Assembly (NCBI RefSeq): GCF_050175855.1
Contig: NZ_JBFXIO010000001.1
Location: 3,471-67,470, forward strand
Direction of reading: 5' to 3'
Length of the DNA: 64,000 nucleotides
From: Piscinibacter sp.
GTDB taxonomy: Bacteria > Pseudomonadota > Gammaproteobacteria > Burkholderiales > Burkholderiaceae_C
The notes under the pieces are model-generated. The model made no database searches and was not told the origin of the DNA. It saw only the letters and a program-made list of their open reading frames with translations. Below, piece after piece: positions 34,336 to 43,710 of this stretch. The translations under genes and the position numbers were made by a program. Within the stretch, counting starts at the first letter, position 1; every line of letters starts with the position of its first letter.

Positions 34336-34729
34336 ATGATGTTCGCGCGATGGCAACAGCGGCACGGCGCGCAGGTGGCCTTGAACGGCAAGCCCGTGGC
34401 CATCGAATGGTCGCGCGCGGCGCAGGCTGCTCTCGCGCGACGAACGCAGCCGCTGACCCTGGAACTGGAGCTCTATTTCTCCTGCCTGGTCAAGAAGGTT
34501 CGTCCACTTTCACGAGTCCGTGCCCGAACGGGAAACGATTGCCATCAACGACCAGTTGCGGATCTGCTTCCGAACGGTCACGTCCACCGCCTGCTCGATG
34601 GACGTCGCACAGCGCCTTGGTCGCCAGCCCGAGATGGAGTTGGATGGCAGCGTCGTGTGCAAGCTGGCACCCAAGCGCGTCTGGATCGATCACCGCCGCG
34701 GTGCCTGGGCGGCAGAGTACTGGATGTGA
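34336..34729 (+). pseudogene. Conserved hypothetical gene with a +1 frameshift (or sequencing error)
   Basis: GGAGG RBS. Removing one G at 34497/34498 joins ELYFSCLVKK to FVHFHESVPERETIAINDQLRICFRTVTSTACS...AEYWM. Confidence 0.7.
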
Positions 34730-34734
34730 CGCCG

Positions 34735-35166
34735 ATGCATGACCTCCCGACGTCACTGCGGCGCTGGCTCCTGTGTGCCTGGGTCATCCCCCTTGTGCTG
34801 CTGTGCGTGCAGCCGATGAACGTCGCGGCGCAGGCAGCCAGCCTGCCCCTACAGAAACATCCCGACGTGGTGGCCGCCAAGGTACGTGCCAGCGGTCCCG
34901 GGCGTTTCGACTTCGACGTGACGGTCTCCTCACCTTACGACACGCCCGGGCGCTACGCTGACGGGTTCAGGGTGAGCACCGCAGACGGGGCCGTCTTGGG
35001 CGAGCGCAAGCTGCTGCACGACCATGCCGACGAGCAACCGTTCACGCGCGACCTCTACGGCATTGTGGTGCCGGTGGGGGTCAAGCGGGTCATGGTCCAG
35101 GCCCGCGACAGCACATTCGGCTACGGCGGCAAGATCGTCGAGGTGCTGTTGCCGGGGCGGAATTAG
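34735..35166 (+). CDS. Conserved hypothetical exported protein
   Basis: Hydrophobic leader; VTVSSPYDTPGRYAD and LLHDHADEQPFTR. Confidence 0.78.
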   Translation: MHDLPTSLRRWLLCAWVIPLVLLCVQPMNVAAQAASLPLQKHPDVVAAKVRASGPGRFDFDVTVSSPYDTPGRYADGFRVSTADGAVLGERKLLHDHADEQPFTRDLYGIVVPVGVKRVMVQARDSTFGYGGKIVEVLLPGRN

Positions 35167-35215
35167 GACGAAGCCAAGCATTGCGCCAGGTCGCCGGCGG
35201 TCCGAGGCGGCGGGC

Positions 35216-36151
35216 TCAGGCAGATGACGACAGTGCCGCAATGGCGGTGTCGCGGACGAAGCGTTGGATGAGCGCTGTGTCCGCCACAGGCGCGAGGTCT
35301 TTGGCCTGGCCCTGTCGGCCGGTGGGCTCGACACGATAGGGCCGGTCGTCGAGTGAGTGGTCGAGGCGGTACTCGCCGCCGCAGTTGCGGCAGTACACCG
35401 ACTCACCGACGAACTGCTCACGCCGCACGACCAGGGTCGGTCCGCAGTTCATGCAGTGCTGCAAGGGAATGCCGTCATCGCTGTGGGCGGCGATGTGGTC
35501 GAGCAGCCCCTCGGCGCCCAGCGCCAGAAAGTGACGGCAAAGCTCATCATCGAATTGCCGGCCCAGGGCGCCGGCCATGTGCTCCAAGGCTTGCGGCACG
35601 GGCATCGCGACCCTGTACGGGCGCGTGCTCGTCATCGCGTCGAAGGCGTCGCAGATGCCCACCACGCGTGCCGCATGGGGAACGGCATCGCCCACCAGCC
35701 CATCCGGGTAGCCCTGGCCATCAGGCCGCTCGTGGTGCGATCGAACGGCGTCGATGGCCCAGTGCGCCAGCGGATGACCCGCCAGCAGCCTGCCGCCCAG
35801 TTCCGGATGGGTCTGGATCACCGCGTGCTCGTCGTCGCTGAGCGCAGAGGGCTTGCGCAAGATCGCATCGGGAATGCCGACCTTGCCCAGGTCGTGCAGG
35901 AAGGCACCGATGCTCACACGCGCGCAGACCGACAGTGACGTTCCCGCACGCTCGCAAAGCAGGGCCGCGTAGCGCGACACGCGCCAAAGGTGGCCTCCGG
36001 TGTACGGGTCACGCGCCTCCACCACCCAGGCCATCGCGAGCAGGCTGGCCAGCAAGGCCTCCTGGTCGGCCCGCGAGGTGACCTGCCCTTCGGCTGCGCT
36101 ATGCACAGTGGCCGCGGTGCCGGACTTGGTGAACCACTTCAAGGACCACAT
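35216..36151 (-). CDS. HD-GYP phosphohydrolase with C-terminal 4-Cys zinc ribbon
   Basis: [39 protein letters not shown]; CMNC...CRNC. Confidence 0.9.
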   Translation of the reverse strand: MWSLKWFTKSGTAATVHSAAEGQVTSRADQEALLASLLAMAWVVEARDPYTGGHLWRVSRYAALLCERAGTSLSVCARVSIGAFLHDLGKVGIPDAILRKPSALSDDEHAVIQTHPELGGRLLAGHPLAHWAIDAVRSHHERPDGQGYPDGLVGDAVPHAARVVGICDAFDAMTSTRPYRVAMPVPQALEHMAGALGRQFDDELCRHFLALGAEGLLDHIAAHSDDGIPLQHCMNCGPTLVVRREQFVGESVYCRNCGGEYRLDHSLDDRPYRVEPTGRQGQAKDLAPVADTALIQRFVRDTAIAALSSSA

Positions 36152-36163
36152 GGGTTGGGCCTC

Positions 36164-37279
36164 CTAGGCAGCCGTGCCGAAGCGGCGCATGAACTTCCGG
36201 TCGATGTGATCCTTCCATCGCCAGACCCATTGGCCGCTCCAGGACCAACTGCCCCAGGTGGCCAGCGCGTGCCGGTCGCCGGTGCTGATGAGGTAGAGCG
36301 CGCGGGCCTGGGGTGTCCACGCGTCAAGGGCCCGACCCTCGCAGAACGCGCGCAGGTTCTTCGCCAGCACCGGCCCGGCACGCACGGCGAAGACGCCCGA
36401 TTTCGGGCGCGTGTCCGAATACGCCGCAACATCACCGGCGGCAAAGATGTTCGGATGCGAGCTGCTCTGCAGTGACCGATTCACGCGGATGAACCCGCGC
36501 TCGTCGGTGGCCAGTCCACAAGCCGCTGGCCAGGCCGGCGCCGCGGCACCGGTGGAGGCAATGCACGCGTCGAATGACAGTAGTGCACCGCCCTCGAGAT
36601 GAACGCGGCCCGCTTCCAGCCGGAGCGCGCGGCTGCCGCCCTTCCAGACGATGCCACGCTGTGCCAGCAGCCGCGCGGCGTGCCGACGGGTGCCGTCAGG
36701 CGCACCCGGCAGCGGCAAGTCTTCGGAGCTCACCACCGTGATGAACAGGTGCGACCAGCCGTCGGTGGCGGCGCGCCGTTGGACGGCGAAGGCCAGTTCG
36801 ATCCCGGCCGCACCGGCACCGAGGATCACGAGGTCGAAGCGGCGGCACTGGCCGAGGATGCGATCCACCAGGCTGGGCCAGGCGGCGATGAACGCCTCGA
36901 TGGGGCGCACGGGCAGGGCGTGTTCCGCGCTGCCCGGAAGGTCTCCCAGCGCGGGCATGGGGCCGGTGTCGACGGACAGCGTGTCGAAGCGCAGCGTGCT
37001 GCCATCGGCACAACGGACTGTGTCGTCATCCAGGTCGAGGCCGAGGCCGGCGGTTTCGTGGAAGGCCACGCCGGCGCGGCCCGCCAGCGCATCGAGTCGG
37101 ATCGCGCAGGCCTCGATGGGATAGTGGCTGGCCACCCAGCCCGGCAACATGCCCGAGTAGATCTGGCGGCGGTAGGGCGTGATCAGGTGGACATCCCAGC
37201 CGATCAAGGGCTGTTCCGCCAGGTCGGCCAGCACCTTGACATGGGCGTGCCCGCCACCGAGGAGCACCAGCCGCTTCAT
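36164..37279 (-). CDS. FAD-dependent oxidoreductase resembling the N-terminal NDH-2-like domain of SelD fusions
   Basis: MKRLVLLGGGHAH, YSGMLPG, GAGAAGIE, FAAGD, KSGVFAVRAGP, WKDHIDRKFM. Confidence 0.85.
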   Translation of the reverse strand: MKRLVLLGGGHAHVKVLADLAEQPLIGWDVHLITPYRRQIYSGMLPGWVASHYPIEACAIRLDALAGRAGVAFHETAGLGLDLDDDTVRCADGSTLRFDTLSVDTGPMPALGDLPGSAEHALPVRPIEAFIAAWPSLVDRILGQCRRFDLVILGAGAAGIELAFAVQRRAATDGWSHLFITVVSSEDLPLPGAPDGTRRHAARLLAQRGIVWKGGSRALRLEAGRVHLEGGALLSFDACIASTGAAAPAWPAACGLATDERGFIRVNRSLQSSSHPNIFAAGDVAAYSDTRPKSGVFAVRAGPVLAKNLRAFCEGRALDAWTPQARALYLISTGDRHALATWGSWSWSGQWVWRWKDHIDRKFMRRFGTAA

Positions 37280-37956
37280 GTGGCCGCCGCCAGAGATGGC
37301 TCGGGTGCTGGGCGCTCATCTCGCCACGCCTGCCAGCGCGCCAGGTCTGCCGGCACATCCAGGTCCCACAAGGTCTCGAACTCACGCCAGCGGACGCCGG
37401 CCTCTTTGGCGCGTTCGCGGGTCTGGGCCATGACCGCGTCGGTGCTCCAGGTGATGCCGCGGAACAGGGCCGCCTGCGGGCGGCGCAGGCCCACCAGCAC
37501 GTAACCGCCGTCCTCGGCCGGGAAGAAGACCGCCTCGTCGCCGTCGAGCAAGGCCTGGGCAGCCTGGCGCAGGTGAGCCGGCGTCAGCGGCGGGCAGTCG
37601 GTACCCGTCAGGATCAAGGGCCCTTGTTCGCAGTGCAGGCGGAACGCGGTATGCATGCGCTCGCCCAGGTCACCGCTGGCCTGCACGAGGCAGGGCACAC
37701 CGGTGGCCTGGTGCAGCGCCCTGAAGAAGCGATGCTGCGCATGGGGCGCGCACCACAGGGTCACGGCGCCGAGCCCGGCGTCGAGCGCGGTCTGCACCGC
37801 CGAGCGCGTCAGTTGCCGCTGCAGACGCGCAGCGCCTTGTGGCCCCAGGGCTGGAATCAGCCGGGTCTTGGCCAAGCCCGGCATCGGCGCCTTGGCGAGC
37901 ACGGCCACCTGCACCTGGTGCAGGCGATTCGACGGCTCAGCGGGGTCGGTAACCAT
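37276..37956 (-). CDS. TIGR04282/DUF2064 family transferase (CofC-like; 'arsenosugar' cluster)
   Basis: LAKAPMPGLAKTRLIP, GDLGERM, GTDCP, PAEDGGYVLVG, WDLDVPADL. Confidence 0.88.
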   Translation of the reverse strand: MVTDPAEPSNRLHQVQVAVLAKAPMPGLAKTRLIPALGPQGAARLQRQLTRSAVQTALDAGLGAVTLWCAPHAQHRFFRALHQATGVPCLVQASGDLGERMHTAFRLHCEQGPLILTGTDCPPLTPAHLRQAAQALLDGDEAVFFPAEDGGYVLVGLRRPQAALFRGITWSTDAVMAQTRERAKEAGVRWREFETLWDLDVPADLARWQAWRDERPAPEPSLAAAT

Positions 37957-38626
37957 ATTGGATGGCCAGTTGCCGCGGGTCGGCGCCGAAGAAGTAGGCG
38001 GCGCGCAGGCGCCACATCAGGAAGATGGTCCTCCACACGCCATGGCGCTCCCAGCGCCGCGCCGAAGTCGTCACCCGCTCGCGCAGGCAGGCCGGCGGAC
38101 CGTGGACCTTGAGGGCGCGCGAGATCGCGATGTCTTCCATCAGCGGCAGTTCCGGAAAACCTCCGACCTGGCGGAACAGATCGTGGCGCACGAACAGCGC
38201 CTGGTCGCCGGTGGCAATGCCGGTCCAGCGCGAGCGCAGGTTCATCATTGCGGACACCACGCGAAGCAGCGGCCGCGGGCTGTCGATCCGCACGTCGAAG
38301 CGTCCCCAGAAGAACGGTCCGAGCGTGGCGCGACGCACCAGCACATCGGCGTGCTCGGGCAAGACGGAGTCGGCATGCAGGAACAGCAGCGCGTCGGCCG
38401 GGCAGGCCGCGGCGCCCGCATTCATCTGCGCCGCACGGCCGCGCGGCGCGAGCAGCGCGAGGTCGGCATGCTGCCGGGCGATCTCCAGCGTGTCGTCCTG
38501 ACTGCCTCCGTCCACGACGACAACGCGCGCGCCGCGCTGCCGATAGGTCTGCAGCGCCTGCAGGCGCGGCGCCAGTGTCGGGGCCTCGTCCAGCACCGGG
38601 ACGACGATGCACAGCGCGGGTCTCAT
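37937..38626 (-). CDS. TIGR04283 family GT2 glycosyltransferase ('arsenosugar' cluster)
   Basis: VVPVLDE, VVDGGSQD, GRAAQMNAGA, FLHADS, TGDQALF, LMEDI, TSARRW. Confidence 0.9.
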   Translation of the reverse strand: MRPALCIVVPVLDEAPTLAPRLQALQTYRQRGARVVVVDGGSQDDTLEIARQHADLALLAPRGRAAQMNAGAAACPADALLFLHADSVLPEHADVLVRRATLGPFFWGRFDVRIDSPRPLLRVVSAMMNLRSRWTGIATGDQALFVRHDLFRQVGGFPELPLMEDIAISRALKVHGPPACLRERVTTSARRWERHGVWRTIFLMWRLRAAYFFGADPRQLAIQYGYRPR

Positions 38627-39414
38627 GCGGCCGGAACCCGCGTGTCGTCGTGCCAGGCGAGTGCACGGTGGTTGAAACCCGAGGCAATGGTCGGCTTGAT
38701 CACGGCAAAGTAGGGCGAGACATCGAAGTCGCGTGGCGCGAACAGGCTGTGGTGGCGCACGTGCAGGATCTCGTCCATGCAGCCTGGGCACATCGGGTCG
38801 GTGGACGGAACGTTCTCGATAAGCGGCAGGATGGGGTAGCGCACGGACTGGAAGGCCTGGGCAATGAGGGTGGAGCAGATGGCGCGGGTCGGGTCCCCGC
38901 TGCCCAGCGACAGCATGCGGCGCCGCCAGCGCACCGGCACCGGGGGCGTCGGCAACAGGTAGCGTGCCAGATCGACGACGTTCTTCAGGTCGTACTGGTG
39001 ACCCAGGCGTGCCATCGCATGCTGGACGAGGGCATCGACCTCACTCGCGTCCAGGCCCACGGGCCGGCACACGCGGCAGTGCAGTCCGGCGTACTCGGCC
39101 ACGCTGACCAGCCGCACGCCCTCGCGCAGGTCGGCTTCGAGAAAGCAGAGTGGGCGACCGTGCGCATCCGCCCGGCCATCCGCATCGCCCACGAACAAGG
39201 CCGCGTGGGACCAGGTCGACTGGGTCAGGTACTTGATCGCCACGCTGAATCGGCTCTGGCCCTCGACGAGCAGCACATCGCCGGGCTGCAGGCAGGCCAT
39301 CAGCCGCACGGGATCCGTGGGCGCAGCCAGGCTGTGCGTGTGGTGGGTCTGGCTCAGGTAGCGGCTCAGGCGTTCGCCGAGCCAGCGGGTGATGCCGTCG
39401 AGAAGGCTTGCCAT
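38623..39414 (-). CDS. YiiX/YebB-like permuted NlpC/P60 cysteine hydrolase
   Basis: LQPGDVLLVEG, STWSHAAL, LGHQYD, ICSTLIA. Confidence 0.82.
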   Translation of the reverse strand: MASLLDGITRWLGERLSRYLSQTHHTHSLAAPTDPVRLMACLQPGDVLLVEGQSRFSVAIKYLTQSTWSHAALFVGDADGRADAHGRPLCFLEADLREGVRLVSVAEYAGLHCRVCRPVGLDASEVDALVQHAMARLGHQYDLKNVVDLARYLLPTPPVPVRWRRRMLSLGSGDPTRAICSTLIAQAFQSVRYPILPLIENVPSTDPMCPGCMDEILHVRHHSLFAPRDFDVSPYFAVIKPTIASGFNHRALAWHDDTRVPAA

Positions 39415-39439
39415 GGGGTGGATGGGGCCGCGTCGCCCT

Positions 39440-40309
39440 TCAACGGGCGTCGTTGAGCGCCCAGTCGTAGTCCAGGAAGGCCAGCTTGTAGCGGCCGGCG
39501 CGGATCTCGGCCTGCGCCTGGGGCGTTGGTCCCAGCACCTCGGCATGGCGGGCGAACAAGGTCTGCAGCGAATCGATGCCCTTGTGCCCGCGCTCGAAGT
39601 CCTTGCGGTACCAGTCGAAGATCTTCGATACCGACAGGGTCGCCGTGCCGGCATCGAAGCGGTTGCGCGACCGGTCGGACAGGAAGCGGTGCAGGGCGTC
39701 GTCGAGCTGCGCATCGAGCCGCTCCGCCACGAAGGCCTCGTTGCGCAGCATCGGACAGCCGATGGAGGCGCAGACCACCGCCACGTGGATGCGCGGGTCG
39801 TCGAAGACCCCGGGGGCGCGGATCATCTCGTGCTCCACCTCGTCGAGCGAGCGCTCTTGCCCCAGCAGGCGGAAGAACTTCTTCTTCCACGGGCTCTGCA
39901 CGAAGCTGCCCAGGTCCTTGATGGACTTCAGGTCCGGGTAGCGCGAGAGGATCAACTCGACCGTGAACGTGTTGTAGGCATTGATGAGGAAGGCCAGTTG
40001 CTGGGCGCGCGTCCACGTGCTGTAGCTCGCCGGGGCGACGGCCGACAGGCTGTCGAGGTAGGCCTTGAGGGCTGGGCGCTGCGTCTGCAGCGCGGCATAG
40101 CGCAGCGTCGACGCGTTGCCGCTCGGGGCGACCACCACATGCTGCTTGAGCAGCGCGTCCCAGGCGGCATGCCGGTGGTCGAACCCTCCGGCAGAACTCT
40201 GGGCCCAGGCCGGAATCGCCCGCACCATCAGCGCGACCGGCACGGCGCCGATCAGGACACGGCGGCGCCGGGACACGGGGTCGGTTCGAGTGAGGCAGGC
40301 AGGTGTCAT
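39440..40309 (-). CDS. DUF547 domain protein, Tat-like signal
   Basis: LAFLINAYN, SLDEVEH, DPRIHVAVVCASIGCP, SKIFDWY, YDWALN. Confidence 0.88.
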   Translation of the reverse strand: MTPACLTRTDPVSRRRRVLIGAVPVALMVRAIPAWAQSSAGGFDHRHAAWDALLKQHVVVAPSGNASTLRYAALQTQRPALKAYLDSLSAVAPASYSTWTRAQQLAFLINAYNTFTVELILSRYPDLKSIKDLGSFVQSPWKKKFFRLLGQERSLDEVEHEMIRAPGVFDDPRIHVAVVCASIGCPMLRNEAFVAERLDAQLDDALHRFLSDRSRNRFDAGTATLSVSKIFDWYRKDFERGHKGIDSLQTLFARHAEVLGPTPQAQAEIRAGRYKLAFLDYDWALNDAR

Positions 40310-41400
40310 GGCTCGGTGGGGTCGGCGCCTTCATCGGCGGACATGCCGGTGAAGCGGTAGTAGAAGGCCCCATCGATGACGGGACGCGATTGCGTGACGT
40401 GCTCGATCAGGCCGAACTGCATCAGGCGGTGCAGCAGCACCCAGGCGTCGTGGCGCTTCAGGCCTTGCACGGCCACCAGGTGGTCCACGGCTTCCGAGCC
40501 GACCCAGCAGCGCGGATAGGTCTTGCCCAGGTAGCTGCGGTCGGCGATGGGGACGCCGCGGCCCGACACCAGTGCTGTCAGTGCGTCGCCGAGGTCGATG
40601 GCGTCTGCCGCCACCGAGATGGCCAGGCGGTAGTAGAGCTTGTCGTCGAGGAAGGGATGTTCGTGCGCCACATGCACCAGCAGCCCGAGCGACATCAACG
40701 CCTGGCCCATCGCAAGCGCCTCGGGCGCCGACCGCTTGAAGTGGCGAGCCATCCAGGCCACGGCCTCGCTGCCCACGAAGCAATCCGGGTAGCGCTGCAG
40801 CCGCCAGGTCCGGTCGCCGATGTCCAGCGAGCGGCTCAGCAGATCGCCCAGCCCTTCGGCGGACAGGCCGCTGAGCGCGCGGATCGTGGCGCGCGGGGAG
40901 CTGGTGTCGCGTGCGTCGTTCATCACCCGCGCATAGCGGGCCAGCTCGGCCGGCGTCACCGGTTCGAGCGCCAGCGCGCGGGCCACGAGGTCGAGTGCGC
41001 TGCGCAGGCTGCCCTCGCAGTCCATCGGATCGAACTCGGGAATCAGGTCGGCGAAGCCCAGCTTCTGAACCCAGCGCCGATCGGCTTCACTGAGGTGCCC
41101 CATGCCCGGGCCTGGGGCCAGTCTCGTGAGAACGATGCGGCGGCGGCTTTCGCCGCGCGGCAGGGTGGCGTCCAGTTGCAGCAGGGTCGGCACCGTGGTC
41201 GAGCCGCCGCGTGAAATGTCGACGAAAGCCAGGGCATGGGGCTTGTCGGCCAGGCCGCGCAGCACCGTGTCGCGTCCCCGTCGGTCGGTCGGCAAGGGTG
41301 TCGGTGCCAGGCGCATGGCCATCAGGCCGGCCCGCAGGGCCGCACGGCCAGCGACATCGGGCAGGTCCAGCAGGACGGTGGATTCGGAGAGGCGTGCCAT
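40306..41400 (-). CDS. Protein with two C-terminal DEP domains
   Basis: DRTWRLQRYPDCFVGSEAVAWM...FLDDKLYYR and DRSYLGKTYPRCWVGSEAVDHL...DGAFYYRF. Confidence 0.8.
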   Translation of the reverse strand: MARLSESTVLLDLPDVAGRAALRAGLMAMRLAPTPLPTDRRGRDTVLRGLADKPHALAFVDISRGGSTTVPTLLQLDATLPRGESRRRIVLTRLAPGPGMGHLSEADRRWVQKLGFADLIPEFDPMDCEGSLRSALDLVARALALEPVTPAELARYARVMNDARDTSSPRATIRALSGLSAEGLGDLLSRSLDIGDRTWRLQRYPDCFVGSEAVAWMARHFKRSAPEALAMGQALMSLGLLVHVAHEHPFLDDKLYYRLAISVAADAIDLGDALTALVSGRGVPIADRSYLGKTYPRCWVGSEAVDHLVAVQGLKRHDAWVLLHRLMQFGLIEHVTQSRPVIDGAFYYRFTGMSADEGADPTEP

Positions 41401-41412
41401 GGCGAACGCCCG

Positions 41413-43569
41413 TCAACCGCGCCGCCAGGCGTGAAAGCGCTCGACCCAGGCCAGCAGCGCCTGCGGCGCGTGTGCGCGCTTCCAGTTGCCGGCGGCGTAT
41501 TTGTTGGCCTCGGCCAGCGTCGGGTAGGTGTGGATCGTGCCGAGGATCTTGTTCAGGCCGATGCCGTGTTTCATCGCCAGCACGTACTCGGCGAGCAGAT
41601 CGCCGGCATGTTCGCCCGCGATCGTCACACCGAGGATGCGGTCCTTGCCCGGCACGGTCAGCACCTTGACGAAGCCGTGCGCCTCGCTGTCGGCGATGGC
41701 GCGGTCCAGATCGTCCAGGCCGTAGACCGTCACCTCGTACGGGATCTTCTTCTCCTTCGCCTCCAGCTCGTTCAGGCCGACCCGCGCCACCTCGGGTTCG
41801 ACAAAGGTCGCCCAGGGGATCACGCGGTAGTCGGCGCTGAACTTCTTGAGGGGGTCGAACAGCGCGTTGACGGCCGCGTACCAGGCCTGGTGCGCGGCAG
41901 TGTGGGTGAACTGGTAGGGCCCGGCCACGTCACCGGCGGCGTAGATGTTGGGGAAGTTGGTCTGCAGGTAGCCATTGACCTCGACGGTGCGCCCGGTGGT
42001 CACGCCCAGTTCCTCCAGGCCATAGCCCTTGAGGTTGGCCACACGCCCGACGGCCACGAGGATGGCATCGAAGGGAATCTGCTTCTCCTGACCGCCAGCC
42101 TCGACGACCAGCACCTTCTCGAGCCCGCCACCCTGCACCCGAAGCGCCTTGTGACCGGTCAGCACGGTGATGCCTTCGGCGCGAAAGCGGGCTGTGACCA
42201 GCTCCGACACTTCCGAGTCTTCGCGCACGAGGACGCGCGGCAGCATCTCGACCTGCGTCACGCGCGATCCCAGCCGCGCGAAGGTCTGCGTCAGTTCGCT
42301 GCCGATCGGGCCGCCACCCAGCACTACCAGGCGCCCCGGCCGCTGGCGCAGTTGCCAGACGTTGTCGGATGTGAGCAGCTCGGTCGGGCCGAGTTCAGCC
42401 ATGCCCGGAATTGGCGGCACGAAGGGCCGCGCCCCGGCCGCGATGACGATGGCGCGCGTGGTGAGGGTCTCGACACGGCCATCGCGGTGGGTAATCTCGA
42501 CCTCCCACGGCGACACGATGCGCGCCGTGCCCTGCGCCACGTCGACGCCCAGGCCGGTGTAGCGCTCGACCGAGTCGTGCGGCTCGATGTCCTTGATGAC
42601 CCGCTGCACCCGTTCCATCACTTCGCCGAAATCGAAGTCGGCGGTGGCGCCACGCATGCCGAATTCCTTCGCCCGCTGCACGTGGGAGAGGAACTTGGCA
42701 GATCGGATCAGCGCCTTGGACGGCACGCAGCCGGTGTTCAGGCAGTCGCCCCCTAGCGCGTGCTTCTCCACCAGCGTGACCTTGGCCTTGATGGCCGCCG
42801 CGATGTAGGCCGTGACCAGGCCGGCCGAGCCGCCGCCGATGACGATGAGGTTGCGGTCGAAGGACTTGGGCTTCTTGAAACGGGCGTAGATCCTTCTGGC
42901 CTTGAACATGTCGATGATCTTCTTGGCGACGAGCGGAAAGATACCCAGCAGCACCAGCGAGCCCAGCACGCCCGGCGAGACGATGCCGGACAGGGAGTCG
43001 ATGCGGGCCAGCTGCGTGCCGGCGTTGACGTAGACCAGCGTGCCGGCGAGCATGCCGAGCTGGCTGACCCAGTAGAAGGTCCAGGTGCGCAGCGTGGTCA
43101 CGCCCATCGCCAGGTTGATGACGAAGAAGGGCAGCACGGGCACCAGGCGCAGCGTGAACAGGTAGAAGCCGCCTTCCTTCGCGATGCCGGCGTTGAGGGC
43201 GGCCAGCCGGTCGCCGAAGCGCGACTGCACCCAGCTGCCGAGCAGCCAGCGTGCGGCCAGGAACGCGAGTGTGGCGCCGATCGAGGAGGCGAACGAGACG
43301 ATCAGCGTGCCCCAGCCCAGCCCGAACAGCGCGCCGGCGGCCAGCGTCATTACCGCGGCGCCGGGCAAGGACAGCGCCGCCACCGCCACGTAGCCGGTGA
43401 AGAACACCAGTCCAGCCAGCAGCGGCTGGCCCGCGCGCCAGGCCTGCAGATCGGCCTGGCTGCTCTTGATGGCGGCCAGGCTCAGGAACCGGCCGAGGTC
43501 CAGCCCGAAGAACAGCGCCAGCAGCAGCACCAGCCCCACCAGCAACCACCACCGCTTGTCCAGACGCAT
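41413..43569 (-). CDS. VTT/DedA membrane domain fused to a DLD/MerA-like flavin disulfide reductase
   Basis: LSLPGA...LFTLRLVP...GMLAGT; GGGSAG, GGDCLNTGCVPSK, HTYPTLAE. Confidence 0.9.
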   Translation of the reverse strand: MRLDKRWWLLVGLVLLLALFFGLDLGRFLSLAAIKSSQADLQAWRAGQPLLAGLVFFTGYVAVAALSLPGAAVMTLAAGALFGLGWGTLIVSFASSIGATLAFLAARWLLGSWVQSRFGDRLAALNAGIAKEGGFYLFTLRLVPVLPFFVINLAMGVTTLRTWTFYWVSQLGMLAGTLVYVNAGTQLARIDSLSGIVSPGVLGSLVLLGIFPLVAKKIIDMFKARRIYARFKKPKSFDRNLIVIGGGSAGLVTAYIAAAIKAKVTLVEKHALGGDCLNTGCVPSKALIRSAKFLSHVQRAKEFGMRGATADFDFGEVMERVQRVIKDIEPHDSVERYTGLGVDVAQGTARIVSPWEVEITHRDGRVETLTTRAIVIAAGARPFVPPIPGMAELGPTELLTSDNVWQLRQRPGRLVVLGGGPIGSELTQTFARLGSRVTQVEMLPRVLVREDSEVSELVTARFRAEGITVLTGHKALRVQGGGLEKVLVVEAGGQEKQIPFDAILVAVGRVANLKGYGLEELGVTTGRTVEVNGYLQTNFPNIYAAGDVAGPYQFTHTAAHQAWYAAVNALFDPLKKFSADYRVIPWATFVEPEVARVGLNELEAKEKKIPYEVTVYGLDDLDRAIADSEAHGFVKVLTVPGKDRILGVTIAGEHAGDLLAEYVLAMKHGIGLNKILGTIHTYPTLAEANKYAAGNWKRAHAPQALLAWVERFHAWRRG

Positions 43570-43616
43570 CTCGTTCTTTCTTGGTTCGTCGAGGCATGTG
43601 CGCCTTCGCTGCTTCA

Positions 43617-43645
43617 TAGACGCGCTGGCGGTACGGATCCTTACA
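43617..43645 (-). promoter_or_regulatory. ECF-type promoter TGTAAG-N17-CGTCTA
   Basis: Upstream of the VTT-reductase...HD-GYP operon; back-to-back with the site at 43656. Confidence 0.72.
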
Positions 43646-43655
43646 GACGCCGGGG

Positions 43656-43684
43656 TGTAAGCAATTCACGCCGGCGTTCGTCCA
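43656..43684 (+). promoter_or_regulatory. ECF-type promoter TGTAAG-N17-CGTCCA
   Basis: 26 bp upstream of the mtnP ATG. Confidence 0.7.
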
Positions 43685-43710
43685 TGGGGGATCGACGACC
43701 AGGAGACCCG

